Source: Moniliella sp. 'wahieum' (taxonomy: Eukaryota). From it: 64,000 nt of DNA. The stretch's first letter is position 1. The number at the start of each line of letters is the position of its first letter. The translations under genes and the position numbers were made by a program. The DNA is taken from assembly GCA_003971905.1 (NCBI GenBank), contig RSEE01000032.1:248001-312000 (forward strand), read 5' to 3'. Positions 25,672 to 39,805 of the stretch are shown piece after piece. The notes beneath the pieces are model-generated. The model did no database searches and was not told the DNA's origin. It saw only the letters and a program-made list of their open reading frames with translations.

Positions 25672-26399
25672 GGTGCTTGCGGCCGTGGCGTTTGTTCTGC
25701 CCAAGCTCCAAGCGTGAAACGTAGAAGTGAAATGTAAAAGGGGCTGTGGTGTGCCCCAGTGCCGGTAGCATGTAACACAAGCATGCCACCAGTGTCGGAG
25801 TCAGCGGCGTTTCAGGGGACTGGGTCTGGATACGCCCGCAGTGCGGGAGCTCATCGCGCTGCAGGCTCCGGCGCAGGGGCACTGTGTGGGGTTGTGGTTT
25901 GAACGGCGTAACCAACCCAGCACGGTGCCCGCTTCTCGATGCTCGGCCAGCACTTGGTGGCTGCCGTCGCGGTGGGGGACTCGAGGGGGTTCGCATCTAG
26001 ATCCAAGGAAAGGAGCAGACTGGAGCCTGCCGGAGCCTACTGGAGCGCTGGAGCGCTGCCAGTGGCCAGTGGCCTCCCAGGCGCAGGGTCGGCGAGCGGG
26101 CGCGATGGCCGCTAGACGTACGTGTGAAATGGTGACTTGCTTGGTGACGAACTTCTGCTCGCGGCCAGGGACTGGTGATCGATGAGCGAGATGATCAATT
26201 TGATTGCTTGTTTTGCTTCTGGGATTTCTTCGCTTTGTTATGATTGTGGTCGAGCATACCCGACAGCACCTCCCTGCGCGGCCAACTCCAGGTTGCCGTC
26301 GTGGGGCCCTACACGCCATCTTCCCTGCACCACCACCCCTCCTGCAGCACCCATTCTCTCTCGCGCAGTGCCCGCCATGCCTTCCATGCCTCTCTACTG

Positions 26400-28204
26400 C
26401 CTCCAATGCTTGCCATGACACCGTCAAACGAGTCGGCCGTGCCCCAGTCGCCACCGCTCGGCACGCCGACAGCAGCTCCAGTGCCCGCCCCGATTATAGC
26501 CACAACGACGACCGCGCTTCCCAGGATGAGGTTCCAGCTTCTGCCAGCGGCGATGCCATTCTGTCGAGGGCGATGAGCCCGCGCAGGACACGTCGGTCCC
26601 CCGCCCCCTGGGTCCCCGACGGCGGACGGTGCCGTCGGTTGCTATCCCGAGGGCTTTCGTCCTCTAGGCCGCCTCCACCGAGCCGCAAAACCGCTCCAAC
26701 TCGCCTCCCCGCTCCCCCGATGGTCGCAGAGTCTGGCCATCGACGTCGCAGCAGCTCCAGTTCCACACACTCTACCAACGGCTCGGTGCAGAGCCCTGAG
26801 CATGAGCCTCCTCTGGAAGATCCGTCCCCTGAGCAAGCATCGGACCCATCTCTCCCTCGGCCGGCCTGTTCCATCTGTGGGGATATTCCGCGAGTGTATG
26901 GTCTGCTCAGGAATTGCGACCATCCGTTGTGCCTCGTGCCTCCGCCAATGGCGGCAGCAAGGCACCACCTCGGACCAAGATGAGCTGACGAGCAACTTTA
27001 AGTGCTGTCCCCTATGTCGGACACAGTCCCTAATCTGTGTAGGCTCCCATGATTTCTTGGTTGGACAAGCCAAGATGGATCGGATTGATGCAGCGATGGC
27101 ACCCAAGAAAAGCATTCCATGTCGGTACTTTGCCAAGTCCCTTCGTTCGTCCACGGACCCTTTTGTCCCTTTGGAGACGAGTGCTTTTACATGCACAAAA
27201 TGGGCCCAGGCCAATTCCGATTCGGGAGGGGTGCCGAAGAAATGCAAGCCAAATCGTCGGCACGTCGGAGGGTGGCTGCCAACCGGTCGTATCCGCCTTC
27301 GGAGGACGAGGTGTCGATACGGAATCCGTTTCGTCCCACGCCTCCTCGGCTGCGGGACAAGCACGGCCTACCACGTTGCGCAGGTTTGGGTCCGTTGGCC
27401 GTGCTCGGACCCGGTTTGGTGGGTCGGGGTGGGGTTGACCCCAATGATGCAGTCGCCATCCATGTCGCCATCTCCTAGTGTGGGGTCGGCCCGTGCCTCG
27501 CCTGCTCCTGGTGACGCACCTGGCCGGCGATCTTCTTGGGGCTTCCGCCTTCTCCTCCGACCCAGCCTCGTCCGCCCTGCATGCCGGCTCGGCGCCCAAG
27601 GAGTGTCGTGGTCCATTGCCGCTGCCGCAGCTGCCGCTCGGCGTCAACGTGAAGCCCGCCAAGCTTCCATGTCAGCGAGCTCCCCCCGTGCCTCGCCCGT
27701 GCCGGGAGAGGCACCGAGCCGGAGGTCCTCCTTTGGTGCCCAGGCGTATGCTCACGTTCCCGAGCCAGCTCGCCCGCGCCTTCTCCTTCTCCTCTGGCAG
27801 GGTCTGGGTCGAAGGAACGACGTGGCTCAATTGCTGCGGCGGCAGCGGCGGCGCGGCGCCAACGCGAAGCCCGGTCGTCCATGTCGTCGGGTAAAAGTGG
27901 TATCTTGGCCGGCTTACCAGCAGGTCTGGCGCCGCTGTCCCAAGCTCACCACTCTTCTTCTACCACCTCCCCCGTTCCTGGAGCTGTGCCCAGCACCGGG
28001 TTGGTCAGTCGACGTGCCTCGCTCGCTGCGGCGGCCATTGCGGCCGGGACCAATCCCGGCTCGAAGGATCCAAGGGCGCATCTGCGTAGTATGCACACCA
28101 GCTCCGCCCAGGACCAGGACCTGCCTCCTTCCTCGTCGGCCATCGATTCCGCCTCGTCGTCCGACTGTTCGCGTGCCCCCTCACCTGCTTTGCAACACAG
28201 CTAG
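26400..28204 (+). CDS. Makorin-like RING finger + CCCH zinc-finger protein (start uncertain)
   Basis: CSICGD...YGLLRNCDHPLC..CLRQWR...KCCPLCR, then IPCRYF...CPFGDECFYMH; Ser/Pro-rich flanks. Confidence 0.8.
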
Positions 28205-29226
28205 GTCGGCTCACGTGTGCGTTTTTGTTCCGGCTCTCATATATACCCACCAATTTCACGTCTTTTTGTCCGCATGGACCAGTTCCCCGACAAGTGCTTC
28301 TCTTTAGTAGAGTGCCTGCTACATTTGCGACTTTTGTGGTGGGCTTGCTCGTTGGATTGGCATCATAAGATCAAAGACGGTTGAGCATCGGTAGATGCGA
28401 TCTCGATGGTACAGGATATCTGGCCTCGGGATCAAGCTATACGTCCACAACCGCGGCCACAGGGGCTGCAAGGATCACGATATATAGATAGGTAGTGTTT
28501 TGAGTGGAAGGATAGATGAGTTGGGATTTGGGAGGATGGGGGATTCTCCGCGCTTGGTGGACGTGATGGATTTTGAAGGAACTTGGGGCGGGAGGGGATT
28601 GCGAGGTGCACCCTCGGCCGCATTGGGGCGCTCAGGCCTGTGAGCGTCAGGTTGGATGTGGATCGTTTCCCGATGGCGATAGGGTTGGGCTCGGCCGAAA
28701 ACAATCGAAGAGTCGCTCCCAGGTCTCCGCGGGGGAATATCCGGTGCACACGGGCCGTGCGTAGTGCGGGCAATCAGGTGGGATGTGCCTCGCTCGGCAG
28801 CAGCGCAGCCAGAGGGCGGGTGGTGGGTGGGTGGTATAACTGAGTGGGTGGCGTGGTATGTCGGAGAGGATTGTGGACGGATGGGGCGGTGGCGTGGCGG
28901 AGGGTCGCTTGCGGATGAGGCCATGGCTGTCCGTCTAGGTGGTCGCCGGGTGAACATTTGAGGGGAGTCGTGCCACGTGCACCAGAGCCACCAGCGACGC
29001 GCAAACTGCCCAGCGTGCTGCGTTGGGGTGGCGCGCGGCGCATGGCATGACGTAAGGCACCAGCCACATTCCCCAGGCCGCGGACCAAAAAAGTATGAGC
29101 TCCACCACCCCCCCCCCAACCCCAACGCCATCGCCACCATCGCCATCGCCATCGCCTGGCTGTGCCTGCCTGCCACGTCTGCGTGTCCCCTGCGTGTCCC
29201 CTGCGCACCGTCTGCTGCCCGCAGCC

Positions 29227-32200
29227 ATGCCCCCCATCGAGATTCCTAACCTCACCCCGGCCCCAGAGCCTGGCCATCCCGGTACGTATCTGTGCTCCAG
29301 CCGCCCCGCGCCTCAGGGGCAGCTCGCTGACTCCCCCGTCCCACCTCCAGGCAACCTGAGCCCAAGCCAGCTGGCCATGCTCTGCGATATGTGGAGGGCA
29401 TGGAACTCTGGATATCGCGCAGCTCCCACTCTGCACCTCCCTCCCCCCTCACGCCCACTACACCTTTACCCACCCTTGCCTCTAGTCCTGCCCCCCCCGC
29501 CGACGCAGCCCAGGCGGGAAACAAATCGATCCAAGAGCTGCTTGATACCTACTCACCCACGCAGTTGGAGGAAGGCCTGTGGGATATGGCAAAGATGGAG
29601 GACCCGGACGGCCTGTTTTGCCGCTTTCTCCGCGCACGCAAATGGCAACTCTCTGCCGCCCTTAATATGTTTGCCGCCACGCTCAAGTGGCGCCTCGACA
29701 GTGACATCGAGGTACGTGCTCCCATCCTCTGCTGGAGCCCGCGACTGTTGTAAGCATGCATCGCTCACACCCACTCTGCAGGGCCTGATTCGCACCGGCG
29801 GCGCCGGCAACTCTGCTCCAGGCTCAACCTTGCCGAGCAAGGCGCATCAGGCAAGGCATTTGCGTACGGTGCTACCTCACCGAACAACCTGTCACATATG
29901 TACACGTCAAGAAACATATTGCCAATGACCACCCAGAAGAAACGATGCAAAAGTATATTCAGTACGCCGTTGAGACTTGCCGATTACTTATGATGCCCCC
30001 GCCGACAAGGTGTCGATGATATGCAATGTCGAGGGCTTTGGTATGAAGTAAGTGAATCTTATCCGGGCGAGGGATGGCAGGTGAGCTATCTTGCGTACTA
30101 ATCGTTTTTTTTACAAAGGAACGTGGATTGGCAAATGATACTGTACGTCTTGTCCATGCTGGAAAAGTACTACCCTGAGAGTTTAGGAACGCTCTACATT
30201 CTCAACGCACCATGGTGTTCAATGGGTTTTGGCGGGGGCTAGCCCCGATGCTCGATCCTGTCGTACGATCCAAGGTACAGTTCATCAAAAGTGCTTCCGA
30301 GGCCGCCCATGTTGTCCCACGTGAGCGCTTTTTGGCTAGCTTGCCCGGAGGGCAAGCCCAGTTTACCTACCGCTTTCCCCCGCCTCAACCCAGCGACGAT
30401 GCCAAGCTGCAAGACAAGGATACCTACGCTGCTCTCCGTGCCAAGCGGGACGAAGCTTGGCATGCTTTTACAGCTGCCACAGGAGTGGTGTGCTCTCTCC
30501 AGCCCCGACTCGACCGATACGGGTCCTGAAGCGGTCAAAACAGTGCTGGACAGACGCCGCTTGTGCGCCAAGAAGATTCGCGTGGCCCACTTGGACCTCG
30601 AGCCATATTATCGCCCCTCCACGCCCTTTGATCGCAGTGGCAAGTGGACAGGAGGGGAAGGGTCATCTGGTTGTATCCGCAACCGATGGGAAAGTCTTGC
30701 GCCAAGTGTGCGGTCGTCTTGCTGCTACACCCACCCTCCGGCGGGAGCTGGATGATGTAGAGAAGCAAGGTATGTCTGTTGACGAGGCCGAGGCCAAGAC
30801 ACGCAAGGCGATCCAAGACCAAGATTGGATCACCCTCTATGGCTCTGCCGAGGTAGCTATTGAGATTGAGGGTGCTGAGCATGTGTTCGCTCGAGATCGC
30901 TCTGCACCTCCAGCGTTGCAGCGCGCCTCTCTCAACGCGCCCTCACCTTACACCCTCAATGCCGACCGCAGTATGCCCAACTTGCTTGCTGGCCAGCACC
31001 CCCCGCCACCACCCCGCTCCTCCGGCCATCAAGCCCAAGGCGTCTCGCGGGGCCACCATATGAGGCGAGACTCCACCTCCAGCATCCGCTCAACAGACTC
31101 ATTTGCATCAGCGCTGTCGGAAATGCCAGAGGAGAAGAAGCAGATGAATTTCCCCCTGGAGTGCGGAGGTTACCGGGGCATGCTATCGTCAAATTGGCGG
31201 GCCTATGGCGTTAGAGATTGGGCAGGACCAGCCCACCCGGCCCCGGGTTCAGTGGGCAACTTGACGGAGGAGGAGGATAAACATCTGCGTGCAATGTGGG
31301 AGTCGTACTTTGCTTGCAAACGGTACGCCGAATCGAGTGCTGGTGTGCCTCCTTCCGATGCCACCCACCCTGCCGAGCCAACGCTGTTGACAGAGGAGGT
31401 CATCCAAGCTGTTGAATCGCTTGTCGAAGCTCATGGTCCTTTGGCCATGGACCGCATTTGGGAGTTTATCAAATGGACAACCCAGACTCGTTGATTCTGC
31501 GCTTCTTGCGGGCCCGGAAGTGGGTTGTGCCCGATGCGCTGTCATGGCAATCGACTGCATCAAGTGGCGATTGGACTATGGTGTGAGGCGCTGGTTCAGG
31601 GGGCGATCTCGGCAACGCAGCGTTGTACGACAAGTTCCTCGATCAAGGGCGGGCCGGCAAGACATATGCCAAGGGTACCACTTCTGCTACCCAACAGACC
31701 ATGTGTTACATTCACATTGCCAAGCACATCACATCAGCCCAACCGCCCGAGACGATGCAGAAGTTTGTGGTATGCGATGGAGACCTTCCGTCTGCTCATG
31801 TCGCCCCCACAAGAGAAGGCCACCTTGTTTGTTGACATGGCTGGCTTTAGCTTAAAATCGAGTACGTCTTTCCCCTATTCGTTCCCCTTCTTTGCTTGGA
31901 GAGACTGACTTTGTTCTGGTCTTGCAGTGGACTGGAACACAATGGGCTTCATGATCAAGTGTTTCGAATTGTTTTATCCCGAGTGTCTGGGCAAGCTCTT
32001 TGTCCATAATGCGTCTTGGCTCTTCCAGGGGATCTGGACTGGCATTACTCCCATGCTCGATCCTGTTGTTCGGTCCAAGGTTGCCTTTTGCTCTTCCGCC
32101 AAGGACTGCGCCAACATTGTGCCCGCTGGTCGGTTGCTTTCCGCTTTGGGGGGCAACGTGGACAATGGGTTCCAGTTCCTGAACCCATTCCAGGAGAGAA

Positions 32201-33467
32201 TGCGTTGCTGGAGGACAAGGAAGGCAGGGACAAGGCCCAATCCAAGTACACTCGTCTCGCGCGCCAATACGAGGAGCTAACGAGGCAATGGATTGCTTCC
32301 GAGGGCCAAGATAACTCGGTAAAGCACAAACGGGCGATTGTGACGAAACAGCTCCGGGTGGCTCATTTTGACTTGGAGCCGTATGTACGGGGCCAGACGG
32401 TCTATCATCGCAACGGCACCCTCGACGGACAGGGTAAGATCACTTGGCTCTACCGTCAGAAGGATGGACACCTGATTCGTCACGTGGTCGGCCGCAGCTC
32501 TTGCGTTGGTACGCTCGAACGCGAGATTGCTGAGATGCAAGCCGGTGCTTCGGCCGAGGAGGTGGAACGCGTGTCCGCAGAGGCACTCAAGGCGGCCGAT
32601 TGGCTCACCTTGTATGGCGACCCTGCGGTAGCGAACCACCTGGAGGGGACCAACTACCCTGTAGACGGAGTTCGACCCTCTTCTGTCGTTCCAGAAGCTG
32701 TCCAAGACCCGATCACGGCTGCCGCCGCCGCAGCGGCCGCAACCACATCGGCTGCTACCGTCCCTTCTCCTCCTCCTGGTCTGGGTTGGGGGGCGATGAA
32801 TTCGGCGCAGATGGATGGGGGACTGGGCGCGGGCGAGGTGACCTGGACCGATTCGGTTACGGGCTTGGCATCGGATTTGGCCGAAAAGATGGCCAACCTG
32901 CACGATTTTGCCTTGGGGGCACCCAGTACGCTGCAAGATTTTCTTGCTGCGCCCTACCAACGCACTCCCACCCCCAGTTCTCCTGTCCAGCTCCGACGAT
33001 CCACATCCAGCCGCCAGTCCTCCCGGCGCGTGTCGACGCACATGCCGTCTCGTAGCGCCTGGGACCCGAATGGGCAGGGTGCTGTCGACTCGCCTACCCG
33101 TGGCCATCAGAGGGGGTTCTCTTCCGTGCCCTGGTCGGCATCCTCCGCGAGTGACTGGACAAACGGACTGTATGAGATGGTGATTGGTTCCTCCCCTTCC
33201 AGCCCTTCCCCCGTGACGAACGGGACGGGGAGTAGCAGCACGGGCATCCCTTCCAGCCCTCTCACGCCCACCCGGCCCGAAACCAGGTGGGAGTCCCGCG
33301 GGGGGCGGGTGACAACGGCACCGGTGTCCCACTCGCCTGTGCCCGCGGCAAGCACGCTGGACATGTCCAGTTCCAACTCGTTGGCTCCCGACCCGCCTCG
33401 TCAGGGCTCGGTACCGGCCCGTACGCAGAGCACCCCGCTCGATGCGCCTTCTGCCAAGTCACCTTGA
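29227..33467 (+). CDS. Protein with two tandem CRAL-TRIO (Sec14-like, Csr1/Sfh2-type) lipid-binding modules; several introns
   Basis: Module 1: CRFLRARKW...LKWRLD, YYPESLG, PMLDPVVRSKVQF. Module 2: LRARKW...CIKWRLD, FYPECLG, PMLDPVVRSKVAF. ORF 30457-31494 links them. Confidence 0.85.
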
Positions 33468-34367
33468 TGGGGCGGCATTTTTTTCTTTTTGGCCCCGCCC
33501 CCTCTCATAGAGGGGGGCAGGCTGGTCCCTCCTCCCCGCCCGAATGTCGGGTTGCTTCTTGGTCTATCGACTATCTACGATCGAGGATGGACAGTCGGAA
33601 AAAAGTATACCGCTTCTGGAAATGGGGTGTGCTTGGTCGTGGGCATGATTCAAGATTCGACGGGAGCGCGAGGGGTGCGGTGCGGCTGTGCTGTACTGCG
33701 GTGCGCACCGGGGCTAGTGGCGCTGCTGATTGTGTTGGGATGATTACGATGTACTGTGGGTATACCCTGTCACGCCTGTACTTGAACCTCCTTGTGGAGC
33801 GGAGCCCGACCGGTTGACGGGACTGTGTAGAGGTATAGGAAGGAAAGGGGAGTGTCATCAACAGGCCATATGTTGCCGATCCGATCAGCTGACTGGTCCA
33901 TGTCGATGACCGATGGCCGATTGGCTGGCCTGGGTCCCACACCGACGGACCCCAGACGGCCGTGCTTGCTGCCGACGATGCCCTTCTTGCCCCGAACGAT
34001 TGTTCTTGCTGCCAGAGGCAGGTGGGGCAGGTGATGCAAGTGTGATAACGCCTTGGGAGTTGCAATCTGATATCTGGGATCGGAGATCAATCGGGAGATC
34101 TGAAAGATCTGCAGTTGGAGAGGCCTGGTGAATATGAATGTCGAATGGTTAATGGCATGCCTCCGTCGGAAATGGCATCCAACACAGGCATCGCCCCCAC
34201 CCCACGCAAGACGAACGTCCCCGCTCACGCCCTCCCCAAGCAAGGCGACCCACCGCTCCACCGCCCCACCACCACTCTTCCATCGTAGATCGTCCCCGCC
34301 TCTCCATCTCTGTTTTTGGGGTCCCCAACAGTCATCATACCCTATAGTGGCTTGTCCCCGCGCCACC

Positions 34368-36634
34368 ATGGTCGCCACCATTGACCTTCTCATTTTGGGG
34401 GGGCTGGCCTTGCTCGCCCTTCTTTTCCTTTTTCCTGGTGTCATCTTTGGCTCCTCCCGTCCCTCAGCTGCCGACAAGTTTGTTATCCAGCCTCAGGACG
34501 CGGAAGCAACCGACTTTATCACCAGCCTCCAGGTCCAGGTATGTTGCCCTGTCCCGTCTTTCTTGCTTCCTTTTCCGTTGTCTCCTTGTCGGCCAACCGC
34601 TGACCTTTGCTGCGGCCCGTTTCCCAGAACAAGCAAGTTGCCATCTTTTTGGCTCCCAGACTGGCACGGCAGAAGAATATGCGATCAAGTTTGCCAAAGA
34701 AGTCAAGGCCCGCTTTGGCACTTCTCCCTTGGTCCTTGATCCGGAAGATACTGACTTTACCAAGCTCGACGCCCTTCCCGCAAACTGCATTGCCATTTTC
34801 TTTATGGCAACCTATGGCGAGGGTGAGGCAACGGACAATGCGACGCAGTTCATGGAACTGTTGGAGGACGATGCGGCCGAGTTTAGCCAGGGTTCCTCCC
34901 TCGATGGCGTCAAGTATGCTGTCTTTGGTCTGGGCAATCGCACGTACGAGCAGTACAACCAGGTATCCCGCACTCTGGACGCTCGTTTGTCTCATTTTGG
35001 CGCGACCAAAGTCGGCGAGCGCGGCGAGGGCGATGACGACAAGAGTTTGGAGGAAGATTATCTGGCTTGGAAGGATGGCGCACTGGCAGAGATTGGCAAG
35101 GCTCTCGACCTCGAGAAAGGCGGCGGAGGAGACGTGATTGACTTTGTCGTGACGGAATCGGACATGCCTATGGACGACTCGAAGGTGTACAAAGGCGAGT
35201 TGTCGGCACGTTCACTTACCAAGACCAAGGGTGTGCACGATGCCAAGAACCCGTACCCGGCCCCGATCTCGGCTACGTCGGAAGTGTTTCCCAACTCGTC
35301 GGATCGGTCGTGTGTGCACATGGAGTTTGACCTGGAGGGCTCGGGTGTTACTTACCAGCACGGGGACCACCTAGCTGTCTGGGCCAACAACCCCGATCAC
35401 GAAGTGGCACGACTGACGTACATTTTGGGTCTGGCTGGCAAAGAGGATAAGAAGATTGATGTCCAATCGCTTGATCCGACGCTGGCTAAGGTGCCGTTTC
35501 CTACACCCACGGCGTACGATGCGGTGCTCAAATATTACCTCGACATTAGTGCCAAGGCTGGTCGCCAATCGCTTGCTGCCTTCGTCAAGTTTGCACCCAC
35601 CGAGAAGGCGGCGGCGGAGCTCAAGCACATTGCCGAGGACAAGGACTACTACACTGCCAAGGTGGCATCCTTCTCCTACACCCTTGGGCAAGTCTTGCAG
35701 CTGGTTGCGGGCGACTCGTTGGCCAAGGAGGATGTGCCAACTCCACACCCTGGGCCATTCCATTTGATCGTATCATCTCCTCTGTCCCGCGTCTGGGTCC
35801 GCGCTTTTACTCCATTTCCTCGTCTCCCAAGCTGCACCCCAACAAGGTGCACATCACAGCTGTAGTGTTACGGTACACACCGATGGCGAGCTCGCGCTTC
35901 CTCGTGAGGCGGTGGCGGAGCCATCGGTGACAGGTCTGGCAACCGGCATGATCAGCCAATTGCGCATGGCCGTTCTGAGCCAAATCCCCACTGGCCCTGA
36001 GGACCCCAAGTTTGGTACGCCAGTCTATTCGCTTCTTGGTCCTCGAAACTCCTATGGCCCCGCCGGGCCTGGCATGAGAGTGCCCGTCCACGTGCGCCGC
36101 AGTACCTTCCGCCTGCCTACTAGCCCTAAACTTCCCATCATCATGGTCGGGCCCGGGACGGGTGTGGCTCCGTTCCGTGGATTTGTGCAGGAACGTGTGG
36201 CCACGGCGCGCAAGGCCAAGGCCAAGTACGGTACTGGTGATGCGGCCTTGGCTGACTGGGGCGACATGTGGTTGTTCTATGGCTGCCGCCAAGCCAATGA
36301 GGACTTTTTGTACAAGTCCTGGCCTCAGTACAGCGCCGAGTTAGCGGGCAAGCTGCACATGCAAGTCTCCCTGTCCCGAGAAAAGTTCAAGCCAGACGGG
36401 AGCAAGTTGTATGTACAGGACTTGATCTGGGACCAGCGGGAGGCGCTGGCCAAGGCAATCTTGGACAAGCGAGCCTACATCTACATTTGCGGGGAGGCCA
36501 AGGGCATGGCACAAGAAGTGGAGAAGGTCTTTCAGCGCATCTTGTGTGAGGCCAAGGGCTCGGAGGCGGCCGGGTTGACGGAGTACAAATTGCTCAAGGA
36601 CCGGTCGCGGCTGCTGCTGGATGTGTGGTCGTAA
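34368..36634 (+). CDS. NCP1: NADPH-cytochrome P450 reductase
   Basis: N-terminal anchor, FGSQTGTAEE, ATYGEGEATDNA, FGLGNRTYE, RFYSISSS, IMVGPGTGVAPFRGFVQER, YICGEAKGMA, DVWS*; intron about 34539-34627. Confidence 0.96.
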
Positions 36635-37640
36635 TCAAAGAGTGCTGTGGATCTTGTTCGACACAGGGAATGATGGTTTGGTACATCTCCCCCGACACCT
36701 TCTCGGGCATGTTAGCTTATAATGCACTGGGCGCTGATGAACTGGGTGAACATGTTGTGGTGAATGGCGCCAATGGTTTCGCTGTGACACGTGATGAAAA
36801 GAAATCCTCTCTCTACCCAAAGTAAACCGGATGGAAGGAAGGAAGGTGTGGCAGATCTGGCAGAAAGGCTGCAGCTGCCCCTTGTTCCAGAGGGACGTGC
36901 AGCTTACGTCCACAGAACAGGCTGCGACCAAAATGGAGAACGAACTGGACTCAGTCTAGTGCAACCACATAGCAACCATTTGCCGCAAAAGCCATCTGCG
37001 AGTGAGCGCGGGTGTGGGGATGGAGGAGAGAGGCAAGCCGAGGCCTGTGGATATAAAGCTGCGGTGAAAGACGTTGCGTAGGACTTGTCGAAACATTCGA
37101 GACGAAATGATGCATTTTCGGGTACCAAAGAGGCGCTGGGGTCAAAATAGTACTATAGAGTAGCTATCGCCCACAGCTCTCGATTTGGGCAGGCCAGAGG
37201 TGGATTTGATGCACCAAACCAACATGGACTCTAATGTGCTGTCAGCCCGCGCTAAAGGCCGACGGCTCAGGCAGGCTCAGGCCCACCAGGATCGTGGTTG
37301 ATTACGTGGTGTGGCAGGGTGGACGAACGATCGATGATTCATCGTGGAGAGCTGGACTGCCGATGATTAATGATTGATCGATGGCACAGATAACAAACGA
37401 CGCGTGACGTTAATGACGTGCTTCCAGCTGATCGACCTCTGCGGTATGCAAGTCCCCCCATCGATTAAGATTCAAAGTTAATGATTACCGCGGTCGATTA
37501 CCGATTATCGATTATCGATTGTTGCTTGGAGCGTGCGCCGTGCTTTTTTGGCTTTTCTTTTTTTCCGCTGGGGACTTTGGACCAGACCTTAAACGTGGAG
37601 CGCTTCTTGCGTTTGTCTCGTCACTTTCCTTTCCTCCACC

Positions 37641-39130
37641 ATGGCAGTTGCATCCCTGAGACTTGCTCGCAACGCTGCCCGCTCTGTTGTGCGTCGTGCG
37701 GGCCGGACGGACGTGCCCGGTGCCCAGCGTGCCCTCAGCGCCCTCGCGGCTGTATCACGCGTTTCGCCCGCACCCCCCTCGCAGCTGCGACGGGGCCTGG
37801 TGACGAGCTCAAAAGTCCATACGGCTGCCACTGTGGTGCCCAATGGAAGCAAGAAAAGCTACAAGGTTGTCGTTGTTGGCGGTGGTACGGCTGGGCAAGA
37901 TGTCGCCCACATTCTGGCCCGGACCCAGTACTTTGCCGACTCGCCTACTCCAATCCTGGTGATTGACCCGGCTGAGTTCCACGACTACCAGCCTGGCTGG
38001 ACCTTGGTCGGAGGTGGGGTTCTGACGGCACAAGAAGGTCGGCGAAAGACCAAAGACTTGACCCAAGGAAAGGGGATCGATTACCTGCCCGATGCCGTCA
38101 CCACCTTTGACCCCGAGTCGAACACGGTCAAGACCAAAGGTGGCGTGACGATTGAGTACGACCAGCTGGTTGTTGCGCCTGGTCTCAAGACCAACTGGGA
38201 TGCGATTGAAGGGTTGCCCGAGGCCTTCGCTTCTCCCGAGTCTGGGGTGGTCAGTATCTATGGCTACGAAACAACCCAGAAGGTGTTCCCTGCCATCCTG
38301 GCTCTGACCAAGGGCCGTGCCCTTTTCACTCAGCCAGCGGGGGTGATCAAATGTGCTGGAGCGCCCCAAAAGATTATGTGGATGGCGTACCACGAGTGGA
38401 TGAAGTCGGGCCGTCTGTCCTTCGACGATCCCACCAAAGGGGTGCAAGTGAGCTTTTTAACCGGGACGCCCGCCATGTTTGCTGTGCCAGAGTACAGTGC
38501 GACGCTTGAGAAACTGCGTAAGCAGCGTCATGTGGAAGGTCTGTTCAAGACCAATTTGATCAAGATCGACCCCAAGACCAAGGTTGCTACTTTTACTCAG
38601 GAGGGCAAACCCAACCTGGAGCGGGAATATGACTTGCTTCATGTTTCGCCCCCAATGGGCCCCCTGGACTTTATCAAAAACTCGCCGCTTGCGGCTGAGG
38701 AGGGCGGGTTTGTTGACGTGGACCAAGCTACGACCCAGCACAAAAAGTACAAGAACATCTGGTCGTTGGGTGACTCCTCTTCCTTACCCACCTCCAAGAC
38801 AGCAGCGGCCATCACGGCCCAAGCGCCAGTAACGGTGGCCAACTTGCTCTACAGTGTGACCAACCCGGGTACGACAGAGCTGCCTGCGGCATATGATGGT
38901 ACACATCTTGCCCGCTCATCACCGAGTACGGCAAGGTTCTCCTCGCGGAGTTCAAGTATGGTGGGAAGCCCAAGGAGACATTTGGCCAGTTCGTGGACCA
39001 AACTGAGCCGCAGCGGTTCTTTTGGCTGCTGAAGCGGGAGTTTTTCCCGCGGATTTATTATGCCTCGATGGTCAAGGGCACATGGGCTGGGTCGCAAGGC
39101 TGGCTGAACCCCAAATCGTTGCTGCCTTAG
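37641..39130 (+). CDS. HMT2: Mitochondrial sulfide:quinone oxidoreductase (S. pombe Hmt2-like)
   Basis: Arg-rich presequence, VVVGGGTAG, YQPGWTLVGGG, IKCAGAPQKI, LPTSKTAAAITAQAP, YDGYTSCP (frameshifted), AEFKYGG. Confidence 0.93.
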
Positions 39131-39598
39131 AAAAAGAAGGGCAGAAAAAAGTGTATTATGCGTTGAATTTCCCTCTCCTGTGCCTTTTGGTGACTTCTCA
39201 AGCCGTCTTCACTTGGGCTCGTCTTACAGACTTGTTCACGTTGGTTGTCGGCCACTTTAGGTGACGCGTGAGGATTGTGTTTGTAGTGCATCGCTCTGGA
39301 TCAGATGGACATTGTTGTGGTGGCAGGGGGAAAAGGACTGGTGAGCATGTCGCGTATTCAGAGCGACCGCGGGTCCAGTGGAACATTTCAAGTGCAGGTG
39401 GATGTGCGATTTCAACTGAAATTTCCTTGGGGCTTTGATGAGTTTGATGCTGGTTCCTGTTGGGCGGCCCTTGCCCTTGGAGCAGCAGGCAGCCCACCGC
39501 GTGGAGAGCAATGGCCCCTATCAGTATTCAGCTGGCACCGAGTCCCCCCCCCCCATCCACCGCTCCACACAGGCCGCGGCCACTTCCCTCTATGCGCC

Positions 39599-39772
39599 AT
39601 GCCTGTCCACCGCCATGGCCGCGGCGAGGAGCGCATCTTCATTGGCCCGCACATCTACAACAGCCAGGGGCCTGGCTTTGCCCATCTGCGCCGTCCGCCC
39701 CCGCCTACCTTCCTCACCCGCCCCAATCGCACCGCCACCGTCGCATCCGCTGCTCTGGCTGACACAGACCCA

Positions 39773-39805
<33 letters not shown>

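Noticed and set aside
34368..39130. CPR and SQR adjacency as a redox or secondary-metabolite cluster
   Set aside because: Both are ordinary housekeeping genes, and no P450, PKS, NRPS or transporter lies nearby.
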